A stretch of DNA of 64,000 nucleotides from a virus. This document shows positions 1 through 10,713 of the stretch, in pieces (position 1 is the first letter of the stretch; each line of letters begins with the position of its first letter). Both the position numbers and the translations under genes were made by a program. The stretch lies in the IMG/VR virus record IMGVR_UViG_3300023174_000056, positions 96,001 through 160,000 of that record; one strand, given 5' to 3'. The notes beneath the pieces are model-generated. The model made no database searches. It was not told the origin of the DNA and saw only the letters and a list, made by a program, of their open reading frames with translations.

Positions 1-2
1 AC

Positions 3-1640
3 TTCTTTTTCTGCATATTTTAATGCTTCTACTGATCCTAGTTTTAGAGCGGCTGCTTCATCGATTGAGATACCAGCTAACGATGACATTGCACCGCTTA
101 CTGTGATGGCATCACCAGATGCGTTACCTAGAATTACTGCACCATTGAATGCAGCTGCATTTGTTACAGTTAATGAATCAGCTGTAACAGCAGCTAATGT
201 TGATGCACCTGAAGCATTTAATGTTCCAACTGAAGCGCCAACTGAAGCAGTGATTGCTGGAGCTTTTAATGCTGCGCTTGCGCTTAGATTTTCAGCATAG
301 ATATCTTTTGCTTGGAAGTCAGCAAAAGTTGTTAATGTAATTTCATCGTCAGCGCCTGTTTCTGAAGTTGCACCTACTTGGAATCTAGCTGAATCATGGT
401 CCCAGATAAATGCTTGTTGGCTGGTTGAACCGAAGATCAAACCTAAATCTTTACCAGCAGCATTTGAGCCGCTACCTACTAAGATAACTGGATCTTTGAC
501 TAGTAAGTTTTCAGTGTCTACAGTTGTGGTAGCACCTGTAACGTATAGATTACCATTGATTGTGAAGTTACCTTCAACTGTGGTTAAACCTGTTCCGTCT
601 TGAACTAGTTTTGAGCTAACAAATTTCTTGTTAATGTGGTCCCACATTGATAAGTAATCTTTATCGATGCTTAGACCAGTTTGATCAATTGATGAAGTGC
701 CATTTGAGTAAGCGATACCTTGTGAGGCTGAGAATTCACCACGAACTGCTGCTTGAACGCCAGTGATATTACCATAGGTTAGATTTGTAACTTGTGCGCC
801 ATCACCAATAAATGCAGTTGCTGAAATTCCTGCGCTTGATGTAACTGGTTTTGATAGCGAAATCTTAGTTCCATCTTCGCTGATGTCTGAATCAACTAAT
901 TGTGAATTTGATGCATCCCATTTTAATAGTTTATTTCCAGAGAAGTTACCAGCATTCTTTAGTTGAACGTCACCTGCATTAACAGTAATACCTGTTCCTG
1001 CGCCAACTCCTAATACGCCAGCGGCAAAACCTAGACCAGCACCAGCAACGCTTTCGGTTAGAGCAAATTCACCAGTTGTTGAGTTGTATTTAACGCCTTC
1101 TGTTGCTGATAGTTCGCCACGTACTGATGAATGGATACCAGCAATATTTCCGTATGTTAGGTTTACTAAACCAGAGCCATCGCCAACTACTGTTGAAGCT
1201 GACATTTGGCCAGAAATATCTGCTGAAGCGGCTGTTAATTTACCAGTCAAAGCAACTGCGCTTGCGCTCATGAAGTTGTTGGTAAAAATCTTACCGTCGT
1301 CTGTAATTGTTACACCGCTTGGGCTACCTTGAACATAACCATTACCTGACTTTACTGCACCGCTAGCTTTCATGTCGCCAGTAATTTCAGCGCCATTTGA
1401 TGCGGTTAATTGACCAGAAACAGTCAATTTTTGAACTGTTGAAGCACCGTTGCTGATATTTAAGCCGCCTGCGCCACTGATTAAATCAGAAGCTTTTAAC
1501 GCTCCGGTGATTTCAGCACCACCGTATGTAACTGTTAGCTTATCAGCAAATGTTGCAGTTGATTTAGCATCCAATGCACCAGATAAGCTTGTAGAACCCG
1601 AAACAATTAGATCTGTTAGAACTTTTAATGGATTTGCCAT
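3..1640 (-). CDS. Long tail fibre-like protein (3'-truncated by the window edge; absent from the ORF track)
   Basis: ATG at 1640 after a GGGAGA RBS. Frame reads MANPLKVLTDLIVSGSTS... and stays open to the edge. G/A/S/T-rich, with the fibre motif GNLYVTGATTTVDTENLLVKDPVILVG and two GDG..NLTYGNI.G....VRGE.SA repeats. Confidence 0.75.
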   Translation of the reverse strand, partial: MANPLKVLTDLIVSGSTSLSGALDAKSTATFADKLTVTYGGAEITGALKASDLISGAGGLNISNGASTVQKLTVSGQLTASNGAEITGDMKASGAVKSGNGYVQGSPSGVTITDDGKIFTNNFMSASAVALTGKLTAASADISGQMSASTVVGDGSGLVNLTYGNIAGIHSSVRGELSATEGVKYNSTTGEFALTESVAGAGLGFAAGVLGVGAGTGITVNAGDVQLKNAGNFSGNKLLKWDASNSQLVDSDISEDGTKISLSKPVTSSAGISATAFIGDGAQVTNLTYGNITGVQAAVRGEFSASQGIAYSNGTSSIDQTGLSIDKDYLSMWDHINKKFVSSKLVQDGTGLTTVEGNFTINGNLYVTGATTTVDTENLLVKDPVILVGSGSNAAGKDLGLIFGSTSQQAFIWDHDSARFQVGATSETGADDEITLTTFADFQAKDIYAENLSASAALKAPAITASVGASVGTLNASGASTLAAVTADSLTVTNAAAFNGAVILGNASGDAITVSGAMSSLAGISIDEAAALKLGSVEALKYAEKE

Positions 1641-1669
1641 TAAATACTTCTCCCGGTCAAGTGACCTGT

Positions 1670-1697
1670 AAAAATTGACAAGACTCCTCTTGTCAAT
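1670..1697 (-). terminator. Perfect 10-bp hairpin (ATTGACAAGA-GGAG-TCTTGTCAAT) followed by TTTT; terminator or leader hairpin
   Basis: Inverted repeat 1674-1683/1688-1697 in the intergenic gap, with a short U-tract on the minus strand. Confidence 0.45.
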
Positions 1698-1721
1698 ATA
1701 ATTAGAATATTATTTTTGTAT

Positions 1722-2792
1722 TTAACCAATAATTGTAACAATATATCTTAATCCAAGATTATCTGGGTCTACTACATCTCCCATGTCTATAGAAATATTG
1801 TTTAAATCCATAAAACCTACTGCTACTTCTACTCTTGCATAGTCACCAAAATTTTCTCTAATAGAAACATACATATCTCTTGTATTTAGGTTGTGCGTTA
1901 CTTGGTAAACAGAGTCAAGGTTATTTCCTATTTCGTAAGTCTTTTTTACAGCTATACCGGCTGAAACAGGAACGCCAGCATTTCTTAATAAAGAAGGAGC
2001 TTCCCTTTGTCTTTTTGGCTCTTCTTGTATAAAAGCAAGGTTTTCTTTTGGAATTTTTACTTCAACGGCATTTTCTTGAATTATTTCTTGAGGTTTTTCT
2101 TGATTGTCACCCTCTCCAATTAAATATCCAAGAACTTTAACAGTAATTGTTGATCTATATTTTCTCTCTTCTTCTCCTAAATTTGAAATACTTTCTTGTT
2201 CAAAACTAGGATTCATAAAACATTCATATTTATGCTCATCTTTTGTTATTATAAAATAATTTTGAGCGGTTCTTGCCATAAATGGTTGAATTGCTTCATT
2301 CATTTGGCCTTGATAATTTGTTATTATATTTATCTTATACTCTACCGTAACATAGATTGGCACTGGTATTGATTTATACTTATAGACCTTTTTTTGATTT
2401 TTTTTAGAAGTAACGAAATTGATTTGACCAGCGGTTCGTAAAGAGTCTGCGTTTGCAAAATTAGAAGTTTTATCTTGATTTAATTCTTCTGCTACGAAAT
2501 ATCTATCGAATCTTGGTGACAAAGTACCAAAAAAACTACCTTTATTAGTTGGTTCTTTTGCAGTAGATGATCTTTCTATAGATATAATTGGAGGTATTAA
2601 AGACCCATTTTTGTCTCTAAGCTCTCTATTATTTTTTATTTGGTATGCACGCTCTGCTGATGACCAGATAACTGGAATTTTTTCCCATCCATTTATTGTA
2701 GTACAAAATAAATTCAAGCCCTCGACGTATTGCAAAAATGCACCGTCGATTGTTTCAATTGAGCTTGGACTTGTATTGACTACTTTTTCCAT
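1722..2792 (-). CDS. Putative tail completion/neck (gp15-like) protein with a C-terminal fibre-type THNL.TRD domain
   Basis: IPVIW...ER...PIISIER pattern, C-terminal YQVTHNLNTRDMYVSI motif, and position in the structural module. Confidence 0.5.
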   Translation of the reverse strand: MEKVVNTSPSSIETIDGAFLQYVEGLNLFCTTINGWEKIPVIWSSAERAYQIKNNRELRDKNGSLIPPIISIERSSTAKEPTNKGSFFGTLSPRFDRYFVAEELNQDKTSNFANADSLRTAGQINFVTSKKNQKKVYKYKSIPVPIYVTVEYKINIITNYQGQMNEAIQPFMARTAQNYFIITKDEHKYECFMNPSFEQESISNLGEEERKYRSTITVKVLGYLIGEGDNQEKPQEIIQENAVEVKIPKENLAFIQEEPKRQREAPSLLRNAGVPVSAGIAVKKTYEIGNNLDSVYQVTHNLNTRDMYVSIRENFGDYARVEVAVGFMDLNNISIDMGDVVDPDNLGLRYIVTIIG

Positions 2793-2795
2793 ATA

Positions 2796-3251
2796 TTATT
2801 GGTTGCCTGAAGAAGAAAAAATCATTTCAAGTTTATGTAAGCTGCAAGTTAGATTAGTATCACTGCCTGACATATATAATTCTAACCCAAACCCTGGTTC
2901 ATTCCAAAATGGCTGTGGATCAATACCATAATATTTAATTTGTGCTACTGATTTCATACCAATATTGCTAGTAAATTGCAAGGTTTCGTCCATAGGCTGA
3001 ATATTTATGGATCCGGTGGCATCTGCTGCGCCAGTTATTTCTAGAATAACCATAATATTGTAGGAAGAACCAGATAAGCCATAACTACCAGAAGGAGGTA
3101 TTAAAATATTTGCAACCTTCTGCGACTCGGTTCCATAAGTTACAATAGGAAGTGTAGAATAAACTAAAGGTATAGTTAAAGGAAGGTCGGGATCTCTATT
3201 AACAGTTGTTGTTTGATTACTTGTTTGATAGCTTGGATATGAAATTGGCAT
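2796..3251 (-). CDS. Hypothetical virion protein
   Basis: 151-aa ORF tightly coupled to its neighbours in the structural operon. Confidence 0.5.
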   Translation of the reverse strand: MPISYPSYQTSNQTTTVNRDPDLPLTIPLVYSTLPIVTYGTESQKVANILIPPSGSYGLSGSSYNIMVILEITGAADATGSINIQPMDETLQFTSNIGMKSVAQIKYYGIDPQPFWNEPGFGLELYMSGSDTNLTCSLHKLEMIFSSSGNQ

Positions 3252-3252
3252 G

Positions 3253-4719
3253 TTAGTATCCTATTCTTGTTACAAGAGTTTTTTGATTATTGACGGATTG
3301 ACTGATATAGAATCCAGCATGGAATAAACTAGCGGCGTATTCATCTGCTGTATAAGTACCCGATGGATAAATTACAAACGCATATGTCTCTGGCGCTGAC
3401 TCTGTAGTTTGTAGCAAAAATCCATTAACAAATCCAGGGTCAGAGCTACTACCTATTGCTATATAAAGTTCATGGCTGGACGGATTGGCAATAATTAAAG
3501 ATTTTCTATCTGTATCTGGGGTTGCCATGACGAACGTTCCGCTATTTACGGTCCAGTCAAAGCCATATACATTTGCAACATACCTTTGAGTTTGCGTTAT
3601 TGTAGCTGATCTCTTTTGTACCTGTAGTGGGAAGGAGTCAGAGGATGTAATGTATAAAGCGTTAGATGCGCTGTTAGCTACATACACTGGTTTGTCTGTA
3701 TCTGATATAACAAATAATGGATTTCCCTTAGAGGACGTAACGTTAACGCTGCCAGAAATAGAATTAACATTACTAACGTATATTGGATTTGAAATGCTTG
3801 CAACGTTTAGTGTACCTGTTACTGTTAACGGATCTTGCGCTGATGCTGTAACTTTAACTACTAAGGCAGATCCAGTTGGTAACGCATATGAAGCATAATC
3901 TAAAGCAAAATTACCAGTAACTGATACAGGGTCAGAAGAAGATCCTGTTATTTTTACAACAAGAGCAGCGCCTTCAGAAAAGCCATATTTTGCAACTCCG
4001 ATATCAGTAGAGCCGCTAACAAAAACTGGATCGGAATTATTGCTACCAGTTACTTTCACAACAAGAGCTGCGCCGCCAGATGGTAATCCGTACTTATTAA
4101 CACCAAACAAATTAGTATTCAAAGTACCAGTAACATATTGAGGCGAGTCTTCTGTAGAACCCGTAATTTTTACTTTTATTTTGTATTGGCTATCGCTTAA
4201 ATCAGTGGAAGCGGTGATGTAATTGATCATCTGCGCAAAACCAGAATTATCAATTGTAATTGAAGAGGCAGTTGTTGTAACGTAAAGAGATTTATAAGGC
4301 CCAAGAACATTTCTATATTCTTCTGGGAACTTCACACCTAAATAATTTGAAGATGGATCAACGCTGGTATAATACGAGTGCGATATAGCCACCATCGCAT
4401 GGTCAAAGAATGGGTTCTGAACAGAAACTGATGCCACACCAGTTATACTAGCAGTAATAGTATCTCCAACTACTAAATCAACATTAACAGGCTGACTAAT
4501 TGTTACAGCACCAGTAATATAAACTGGATTTGTTGAAGAAGCTGTAATTGATTGTACGGCAGCAGCAGAGCTTGAGATATCAGTTAATTTGCTAACAATA
4601 GATGCAATATTTGCGCCACTTATTTCTTGAATAATATGATGTGGCATATGGTCACTGCCAGTTACTGTCGTCTTTAAACTGGTAGTAGATCCTGCTCCAT
4701 CTTTTATAGTTAATGCCAT
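3253..4719 (-). CDS. Ser/Thr-rich repeat-containing virion (fibre/appendage) protein
   Basis: GAGGA RBS. Three to four copies of YG(L/F)..G.ALVVK(V/I)T(G/A)S..DP..V.G, followed by P(L/V)YV repeats. Confidence 0.6.
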   Translation of the reverse strand: MALTIKDGAGSTTSLKTTVTGSDHMPHHIIQEISGANIASIVSKLTDISSSAAAVQSITASSTNPVYITGAVTISQPVNVDLVVGDTITASITGVASVSVQNPFFDHAMVAISHSYYTSVDPSSNYLGVKFPEEYRNVLGPYKSLYVTTTASSITIDNSGFAQMINYITASTDLSDSQYKIKVKITGSTEDSPQYVTGTLNTNLFGVNKYGLPSGGAALVVKVTGSNNSDPVFVSGSTDIGVAKYGFSEGAALVVKITGSSSDPVSVTGNFALDYASYALPTGSALVVKVTASAQDPLTVTGTLNVASISNPIYVSNVNSISGSVNVTSSKGNPLFVISDTDKPVYVANSASNALYITSSDSFPLQVQKRSATITQTQRYVANVYGFDWTVNSGTFVMATPDTDRKSLIIANPSSHELYIAIGSSSDPGFVNGFLLQTTESAPETYAFVIYPSGTYTADEYAASLFHAGFYISQSVNNQKTLVTRIGY

Positions 4720-4763
4720 ATTTGTATTCCTCTGTTTTTATAAATAGTTTTTATTATTTTAAA

Positions 4764-5768
4764 TTATAGATCCAATTTTAATTTAAAAGTAAAATCTCTT
4801 GACTCTGTTTTTCTTACTGGTTTTGCTAATTTAGCAACTCCAATAACATTTTTTTCTTCATCGTAAATTAAAATTTTACTTATATAAGTTTCTTTATGAA
4901 AACTAGCTGTTGGAGACAGATATAAATTTTTTGTAATATTCTTCAATTCCAGGTCTGCTGGCTCTTGGTAAGACTTACTACCAGTAAAAATTGTTGTGCC
5001 AACATCTTGCTCCCTTTTTACAAACGTATAATTTGTAGAATTGTTTAATTCGCCCTTTGGTGCATGTGCAAGTAAGGTTAATTGTGGAATTTTATTTATA
5101 CCATCAAATTCTATATCATAGCTGGAACTTATAACAGAATCTTTTATTAAATTTTTGCTAATACCCCAGTTGGTCCATCGAACATAATCTGGATTTGTAA
5201 CTGCAAAATCTTTTGAATAAAATTTTTCTTGATAGCTAGAAATTGCAGTATTATCAAATAAAGCTATAAGACCTTCATCATATAGCACAACACCAGCAAC
5301 ATTTTTAAAATTTGATTCTAATACTGTAGAGCCGGTTGTTTGAATTAATTCTCCATTGTGGTATACGTCTTCTATTTTTGATAATAATACTCCATCAGAG
5401 TATATGCTTAATTTAACAGTACCCTTAGAAATAGTATCTCCGTAAAAAATACTTGGTATGCTAACTAGACAAATATTATCTGTATTAAAATTGGCATAAC
5501 TTGAAGAAAATTGATAAAAATCACTGTATCGTGAGTATCTCCTAAAAAGAGGCTCCAGTGTTTTTAATCTAATCCTGGATGGATTGCCATATTGTGATGC
5601 CAAAACATCTGATTGATTTGGGAAAAAATCAATGCTTATTGAAGAAGTTAAAGGGTAATCTTGCTGAAATATCCCTCCATACCCTAATGTATTAGCCTCA
5701 ACAGAATCTACAGAACTAAATCTATCTAAATTTGAACTTTTAACAATATATCTGTAGTAATTTGACAT
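4764..5768 (-). CDS. Baseplate/tail-fibre attachment structural protein
   Basis: C-terminal TYISKILIYDEEKNVIGVAKLAKPVRK...FKLKLD motif, shared with 6018..7130. Confidence 0.55.
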   Translation of the reverse strand: MSNYYRYIVKSSNLDRFSSVDSVEANTLGYGGIFQQDYPLTSSISIDFFPNQSDVLASQYGNPSRIRLKTLEPLFRRYSRYSDFYQFSSSYANFNTDNICLVSIPSIFYGDTISKGTVKLSIYSDGVLLSKIEDVYHNGELIQTTGSTVLESNFKNVAGVVLYDEGLIALFDNTAISSYQEKFYSKDFAVTNPDYVRWTNWGISKNLIKDSVISSSYDIEFDGINKIPQLTLLAHAPKGELNNSTNYTFVKREQDVGTTIFTGSKSYQEPADLELKNITKNLYLSPTASFHKETYISKILIYDEEKNVIGVAKLAKPVRKTESRDFTFKLKLDL

Positions 5769-5772
5769 GTCA

Positions 5773-6015
5773 TTATATTAGTGGTAAATATTGAGAATTA
5801 CAATCTTGGCTAAAATCTAGGTTATTTTCGCAAGTAGAAGGTGTTACGCCTTCTCCCAAATTTAAATCATTTAATGCAGCGTGTCCTTTAGGAACTGTAT
5901 CGGCAAAGTCTGTTTTATAAAAAACATCTCCATTAAAAATAGAAAATTTGCAATGAGGTTTTGTTTTTATAACATTTACAAAATAATCATTTTGTTCAAA
6001 TTTTCTAATTGGCAT
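5773..6015 (-). CDS. Small hypothetical protein
   Basis: 80-aa ORF that fills the gap between two structural genes. Confidence 0.5.
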   Translation of the reverse strand: MPIRKFEQNDYFVNVIKTKPHCKFSIFNGDVFYKTDFADTVPKGHAALNDLNLGEGVTPSTCENNLDFSQDCNSQYLPLI

Positions 6016-6017
6016 TT

Positions 6018-7130
6018 TTATACATCCAATCTAACTCTTAAGATGAGAGAATCATCTGGAGTCTTCTTTAACGGCTCTGATAATTTTGCTACAGCCAATA
6101 ATTCTTCATCAACCGAATAAAGACCTACTGTTGTTATATAAGAAACTGGTGCATCTGTGGCTGTTTTCTTGACAACAATCTGGCTACCGCTCAAATATGT
6201 TGGGTTTGAGGAGTAATTAAATTCATTGTGATTTGCACGGCAGAAATAAATTGTTGAATTTAGCTCAGTTGTATTATTAAAGCTAATATTTTGTACTCTA
6301 GTTCTTAATGCATTGGCAATACCATCAATTGAAGCACTAGCAAACAATTGTTGAATTGTGCCAGAAACTATTGTAGTACCATTAGTTCCAGACACGGCTG
6401 CTGAATCAGCTAGTTGTCCTTTTTCTGAAACATATAAGCTTTCAGTCTCTTTCACAGTATCATCAAATCCTTCAAAAACGCCAGCAGAAAGAACAACAAC
6501 TCCAGCTTGATAAAAAATCAAACCAGCGTTTGTATACGTTGGGTTGCCAGCTCCACCGGCAGTTTTTAGAAGAACACCATATTCACCAGTTGGTGAATCT
6601 ACATAATAACTATTTGCAGCGGCGCTATCATCGATTGTAATCGTAGATGCAAATGGGGTAGCAGAACTACTTGCAGCACCAAGGACCATTTGGAATGTTC
6701 CTTTTTTAATCTCATCTTTTACTAATAATCTAGAAAAATTCAAAAAATAACAGTTTTGAAATATAGGTTCTGCAAAAATTGTATTTTTTGAATCTAATTG
6801 TTTAATGCTGCTGGTTGCATCATAGCCAACTAATAGTTGTGCCATTTGATTATAAATATTTTTTTTCTTTCCTTGTTGGATAACAGAAGGAAACACAGCA
6901 TCGATTTGACTTGATCTGCCGACAGTTATATCAAATAAAGCGTTTGCTGATGAACTTTGGTGTGGGTAATCATATACCGTCTGGAACATACCGTGAGTGT
7001 ATGTTTTAATGTTATTTGTACCATAAACTGAGCTGCTAACCAAAGTACCAGTGATTGGGATAGCCTCGTATAGAGGGGTTCTAGTAACTGCAACATCTTC
7101 AGATGATAGTCTTTTAAAAGTAGAAGCCAT
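6018..7130 (-). CDS. Baseplate/tail-fibre attachment structural protein
   Basis: EFNYSSNPT...SYITTVGLY....LLAVAKLSEPLKK...LRVRLD motif; AAGGA RBS. Confidence 0.6.
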   Translation of the reverse strand: MASTFKRLSSEDVAVTRTPLYEAIPITGTLVSSSVYGTNNIKTYTHGMFQTVYDYPHQSSSANALFDITVGRSSQIDAVFPSVIQQGKKKNIYNQMAQLLVGYDATSSIKQLDSKNTIFAEPIFQNCYFLNFSRLLVKDEIKKGTFQMVLGAASSSATPFASTITIDDSAAANSYYVDSPTGEYGVLLKTAGGAGNPTYTNAGLIFYQAGVVVLSAGVFEGFDDTVKETESLYVSEKGQLADSAAVSGTNGTTIVSGTIQQLFASASIDGIANALRTRVQNISFNNTTELNSTIYFCRANHNEFNYSSNPTYLSGSQIVVKKTATDAPVSYITTVGLYSVDEELLAVAKLSEPLKKTPDDSLILRVRLDV

Positions 7131-7145
7131 TTTTGTTTCCTTATA

Positions 7146-8072
7146 TTATTGTTTCTTTAAGAAAGATACTGGTACGCTTACAGAATAACCTGTTGTAGCA
7201 CCAGTGACAGTGACGATTGTTTTTATAACTTTGTATGAAACGCTTGGAGATCCAATACTAACTTGTTGACCAAAGGTATCAAACAAATAAGTACTTGTTT
7301 GTGTTTCTAGTGATGAACGAATGCTAAATTTAATTGCTGAACCTTTTGGACCAGCAATGACGCTAGCTTTATTATTTTCAGTAGAAATAGCAGGTCCATC
7401 TAGAACATACGCTGGGTCTGTTGTTAGTGAGAAGTAATATTGTGCAATATTATCGTCGTCAACAAATGATTTAGCGGCCTCAGAAATATTGTTTTGGTTG
7501 CTATCAACTGTTATAATTGTTCCAAGGCGATTATCAATTTCAACCATATACTGTGTTTCTTTTAAGTCTTGGTCGATTGGAAAGTTAAAATTAATAGCAG
7601 TTGTGTCTAAACCTTGGTGAAGTTCAATAAAAGAAGAATTGTTTATGCTATATCCACGGATTAAGCCATCAACAACTGTTGATCCTGCGTTAAATGCTTC
7701 TTCTGTTTGCTGATCAACCAAAATAACAAATGTATTTTTGATAAAATCAGATCCATTTGTATAAGTTGGGCTTTTTAGTTTAATAACTGGTAAAAATAAT
7801 AAATTTGTTCTTGGGATTGTAAGTAGCTTACTGTTCAATGAAGCAATATTATTTGTAAATGCTTCTAACACTGGTGTTTGTAAAATATCTAAATCGTAAT
7901 ATGCACTACCGCTTGAGCTTGTAGGGTTATATAAACCATAATTGATCTCATCATCTCCGAGAGCAAATTGTGTTATCTTAAAACTACCATCTCCACGTGC
8001 AAGACGTTGACGGCCAGCGTCAGTTAATACTGCATCTAAAATTATATCACCAGAATTATCTAAAAATGCCAT
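7146..8072 (-). CDS. Virion structural protein with a tail-collar-fibre-like N-terminus
   Basis: DAVLTDAGRQRLARG...FKITQFALGDDEINY resembles the LT..G...LA.....A.GD N-termini of fibre-attachment proteins; GAGGA RBS. Confidence 0.55.
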   Translation of the reverse strand: MAFLDNSGDIILDAVLTDAGRQRLARGDGSFKITQFALGDDEINYGLYNPTSSSGSAYYDLDILQTPVLEAFTNNIASLNSKLLTIPRTNLLFLPVIKLKSPTYTNGSDFIKNTFVILVDQQTEEAFNAGSTVVDGLIRGYSINNSSFIELHQGLDTTAINFNFPIDQDLKETQYMVEIDNRLGTIITVDSNQNNISEAAKSFVDDDNIAQYYFSLTTDPAYVLDGPAISTENNKASVIAGPKGSAIKFSIRSSLETQTSTYLFDTFGQQVSIGSPSVSYKVIKTIVTVTGATTGYSVSVPVSFLKKQ

Positions 8073-8133
8073 TTTTATATCCTCTTTTTTGTACTATAAC
8101 TAGTATTCATGTTTAATTTTGTTAAAAAACTTA

Positions 8134-10701
8134 TTATCGTCTGACAATTCTAACAACAGCAGAGTTTAATTTTTCTGATATTGTCTCTTCACTTCCTATA
8201 GGTCTTGTTTCTTTGGCGGCTTTTTTGCCAGCATTGTCAGGTAAAACGGCAGTTGCGCCATTTAATATAGTTCTTGCGCCAATTTTCATAGAAAAATTAA
8301 TATCTATTTTACGTCCTGTTTGTTTTGAAGTTAAGCGAATTTTATATTTTTTATCCCATACTGTTGGACCAACACCAAAAGAAGGATTAATTGGAGCAGT
8401 TGATGGATCTTCTACTTTGTTTAGTAGAGTTTGAGTATATGATGGCGTTAGATATAGGTATTTTTTAAGACTTTTGCTTCCAACTACACCAGCATCATCT
8501 TTGAATTCATGTACAGATATTATTGGATAATAAACACCGCTATTATAGACTATTTCAATTTTGTACACAACAGTTGGGTTTGATTTTAAATTATTTTCGC
8601 CAACTTGTCTAAAAATATAATAATATTTTTTATTGTATTCTAAAGTATCAATAAATGATTCTGCTTGGATTGTTGTATATAATTGATTTTTAAAATCTTC
8701 GTATTTATATGGTTCTTTATCTATTCTAAATATTTCATACACTGATGGCGTTTTATTATAAATTGTAGGATCTGTATTTTGCATACCTGCTAAATCGCCA
8801 TTATAATCTATGGAATTCTTAAAGCCAAATTCAATACGTCCGTCTGGGAACCTTAGAGAATTAGCTTCTACAAATCGAATTGTGTCTCCATCGCTATCTA
8901 ATAATGGTACAAAATAATCTTTATAAAAATCAATCGTAGGTTGGAAATTAAATTTAATTTTATTTTTTAAGTCTTTATATGGGATTGGAGTTACAATTGG
9001 GGAAGTCGGAGGTCTTACTGGCTCCGGTACAAAAGAGTTCATTACAAGATCATCTTCTCCAAGTACTGGTATTTCAAAGACGTAAAGTAATTGTTTTGTA
9101 GTGACTTCTAAAATTGTTGGTTGTATTGCAGCAGCTTTTATGCCTAAATTAGTATCTTGTGTTTGTTTTGCCGTTGATGGTACTAATCTAGATAATTTAT
9201 TTAAGCCAACTTGCTCTAAAGTTTTTAAAGTTTCTAAAGAAGAAGGACTAGTATTTTGCTGTATTACCGTAAATTGTGAAGTTGTTTGTAATTGATTATT
9301 AGATTGAATAACTATTTGTGGAGGATTAATTGTATCTTGCAAAGTAGCTTGATTATTTTTTTGTTTTTTACCTTTGTTATCGATAGAGCCTAGGGAATAC
9401 TTATACTGATTTCCTATTGCTAAAACATAATAATATGTGTTATACTGGTACTCCTCAGCGTCAATTATTTGCGTGTCAATAAATTTTAGTAAATCCTCTT
9501 TTGTATTTTCAAAATAGTATGTTTGTACTACTCCAACTCCTTTTTTTTCTTTCTCTATTTTTATACCTACAACTTCCGTATAGCAATCTTTACCGGACAA
9601 TATTTCATACCAATTTCTAGTATTTTTAGAAGTAATAAAAGTAGATTTACCTAATAATATTCTTGATAGCAAGTTAGATAAAAAAACATTATCTCCAGTT
9701 GCTGGTAGCGAATCGTTTGTCTTATTTCCTATATAAAATGCATTTGAATTTTGGCTAAAATCAAAATATCTATTATTATTTATATCTGCGCTATTTTTTA
9801 ATATGTTTTCAAGCCATTCTGTGTAATCAAAGTATTTTATGCTATTATTTGTTGTTAATGACGCAACGATATCTACAGACCCAGTAGCACTTTCTACATC
9901 AAAATAAGGATGAATGTATCTTTTTAATTTATTAAACGGTAAAGCAGGAGACGAATCAGAACTACCAATTTCAACCATCTTAGATAAGAAATTTAATCCA
10001 TAATAAGTTTCATCAATTGCGCTAATAAAATCACCAGATGCATATTTATAAAAATCTACAGATGTATAATTTGGAAATAACTCTGCTGTAACTTCGCTAT
10101 ATGGAACATCTTTTGGATTAAAAGCAATTGTTTTTAATTTATCTTTATATTTTTTATCAAAAACATCTTTCCATTTTTCAAATGTTTTAACATAATTGCT
10201 ATAAAACGTATTAATGGTTTTTTTATCAAACAAAAAATCATCAATTTGATAGCCATTTGTAACGATATTTTCAATATCAGGGTTGTCTCTAATGTCTTTA
10301 GAAATAAGCAGATAATAGTTTAATAAATTTAATTCATCATTATAGTCTTTAGCTAATTTATTATATTCACTATTATAAAAATTAATTTTGTTAGTTATTT
10401 CTAATTTTGATGCTGGACCTACATTTGAGAATGTGCTCAACTCTTTATTTTTAATAACAAACGGAGATGATATTTCAAAAATAAAATCTTTGTATGTCTT
10501 GGTTAAATCAATATCTTGAATCAAGCTAGCATCTGGAACAAGCAAATAATACTTGCCGTCTTTATCTTTGGAAAATTTTTTTACATTCGATGAATCAATT
10601 GAAATACTGTTATTACCCTGAACCCATTCATTCTTGTATAATTTTCTAATTTGATCTTCATCTGTAAAAAAATAAAAATTTGAATCACCGACTTTTTTCA
10701 T
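8134..10701 (-). CDS. Large hypothetical protein, probably virion-associated
   Basis: 855-aa ORF in the structural module, with two D....(K/E)Y.Y fibronectin-like strands and a Q/T/N-rich linker. Confidence 0.5.
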   Translation of the reverse strand: MKKVGDSNFYFFTDEDQIRKLYKNEWVQGNNSISIDSSNVKKFSKDKDGKYYLLVPDASLIQDIDLTKTYKDFIFEISSPFVIKNKELSTFSNVGPASKLEITNKINFYNSEYNKLAKDYNDELNLLNYYLLISKDIRDNPDIENIVTNGYQIDDFLFDKKTINTFYSNYVKTFEKWKDVFDKKYKDKLKTIAFNPKDVPYSEVTAELFPNYTSVDFYKYASGDFISAIDETYYGLNFLSKMVEIGSSDSSPALPFNKLKRYIHPYFDVESATGSVDIVASLTTNNSIKYFDYTEWLENILKNSADINNNRYFDFSQNSNAFYIGNKTNDSLPATGDNVFLSNLLSRILLGKSTFITSKNTRNWYEILSGKDCYTEVVGIKIEKEKKGVGVVQTYYFENTKEDLLKFIDTQIIDAEEYQYNTYYYVLAIGNQYKYSLGSIDNKGKKQKNNQATLQDTINPPQIVIQSNNQLQTTSQFTVIQQNTSPSSLETLKTLEQVGLNKLSRLVPSTAKQTQDTNLGIKAAAIQPTILEVTTKQLLYVFEIPVLGEDDLVMNSFVPEPVRPPTSPIVTPIPYKDLKNKIKFNFQPTIDFYKDYFVPLLDSDGDTIRFVEANSLRFPDGRIEFGFKNSIDYNGDLAGMQNTDPTIYNKTPSVYEIFRIDKEPYKYEDFKNQLYTTIQAESFIDTLEYNKKYYYIFRQVGENNLKSNPTVVYKIEIVYNSGVYYPIISVHEFKDDAGVVGSKSLKKYLYLTPSYTQTLLNKVEDPSTAPINPSFGVGPTVWDKKYKIRLTSKQTGRKIDINFSMKIGARTILNGATAVLPDNAGKKAAKETRPIGSEETISEKLNSAVVRIVRR

Positions 10702-10713
10702 TTTATTTTCTCT

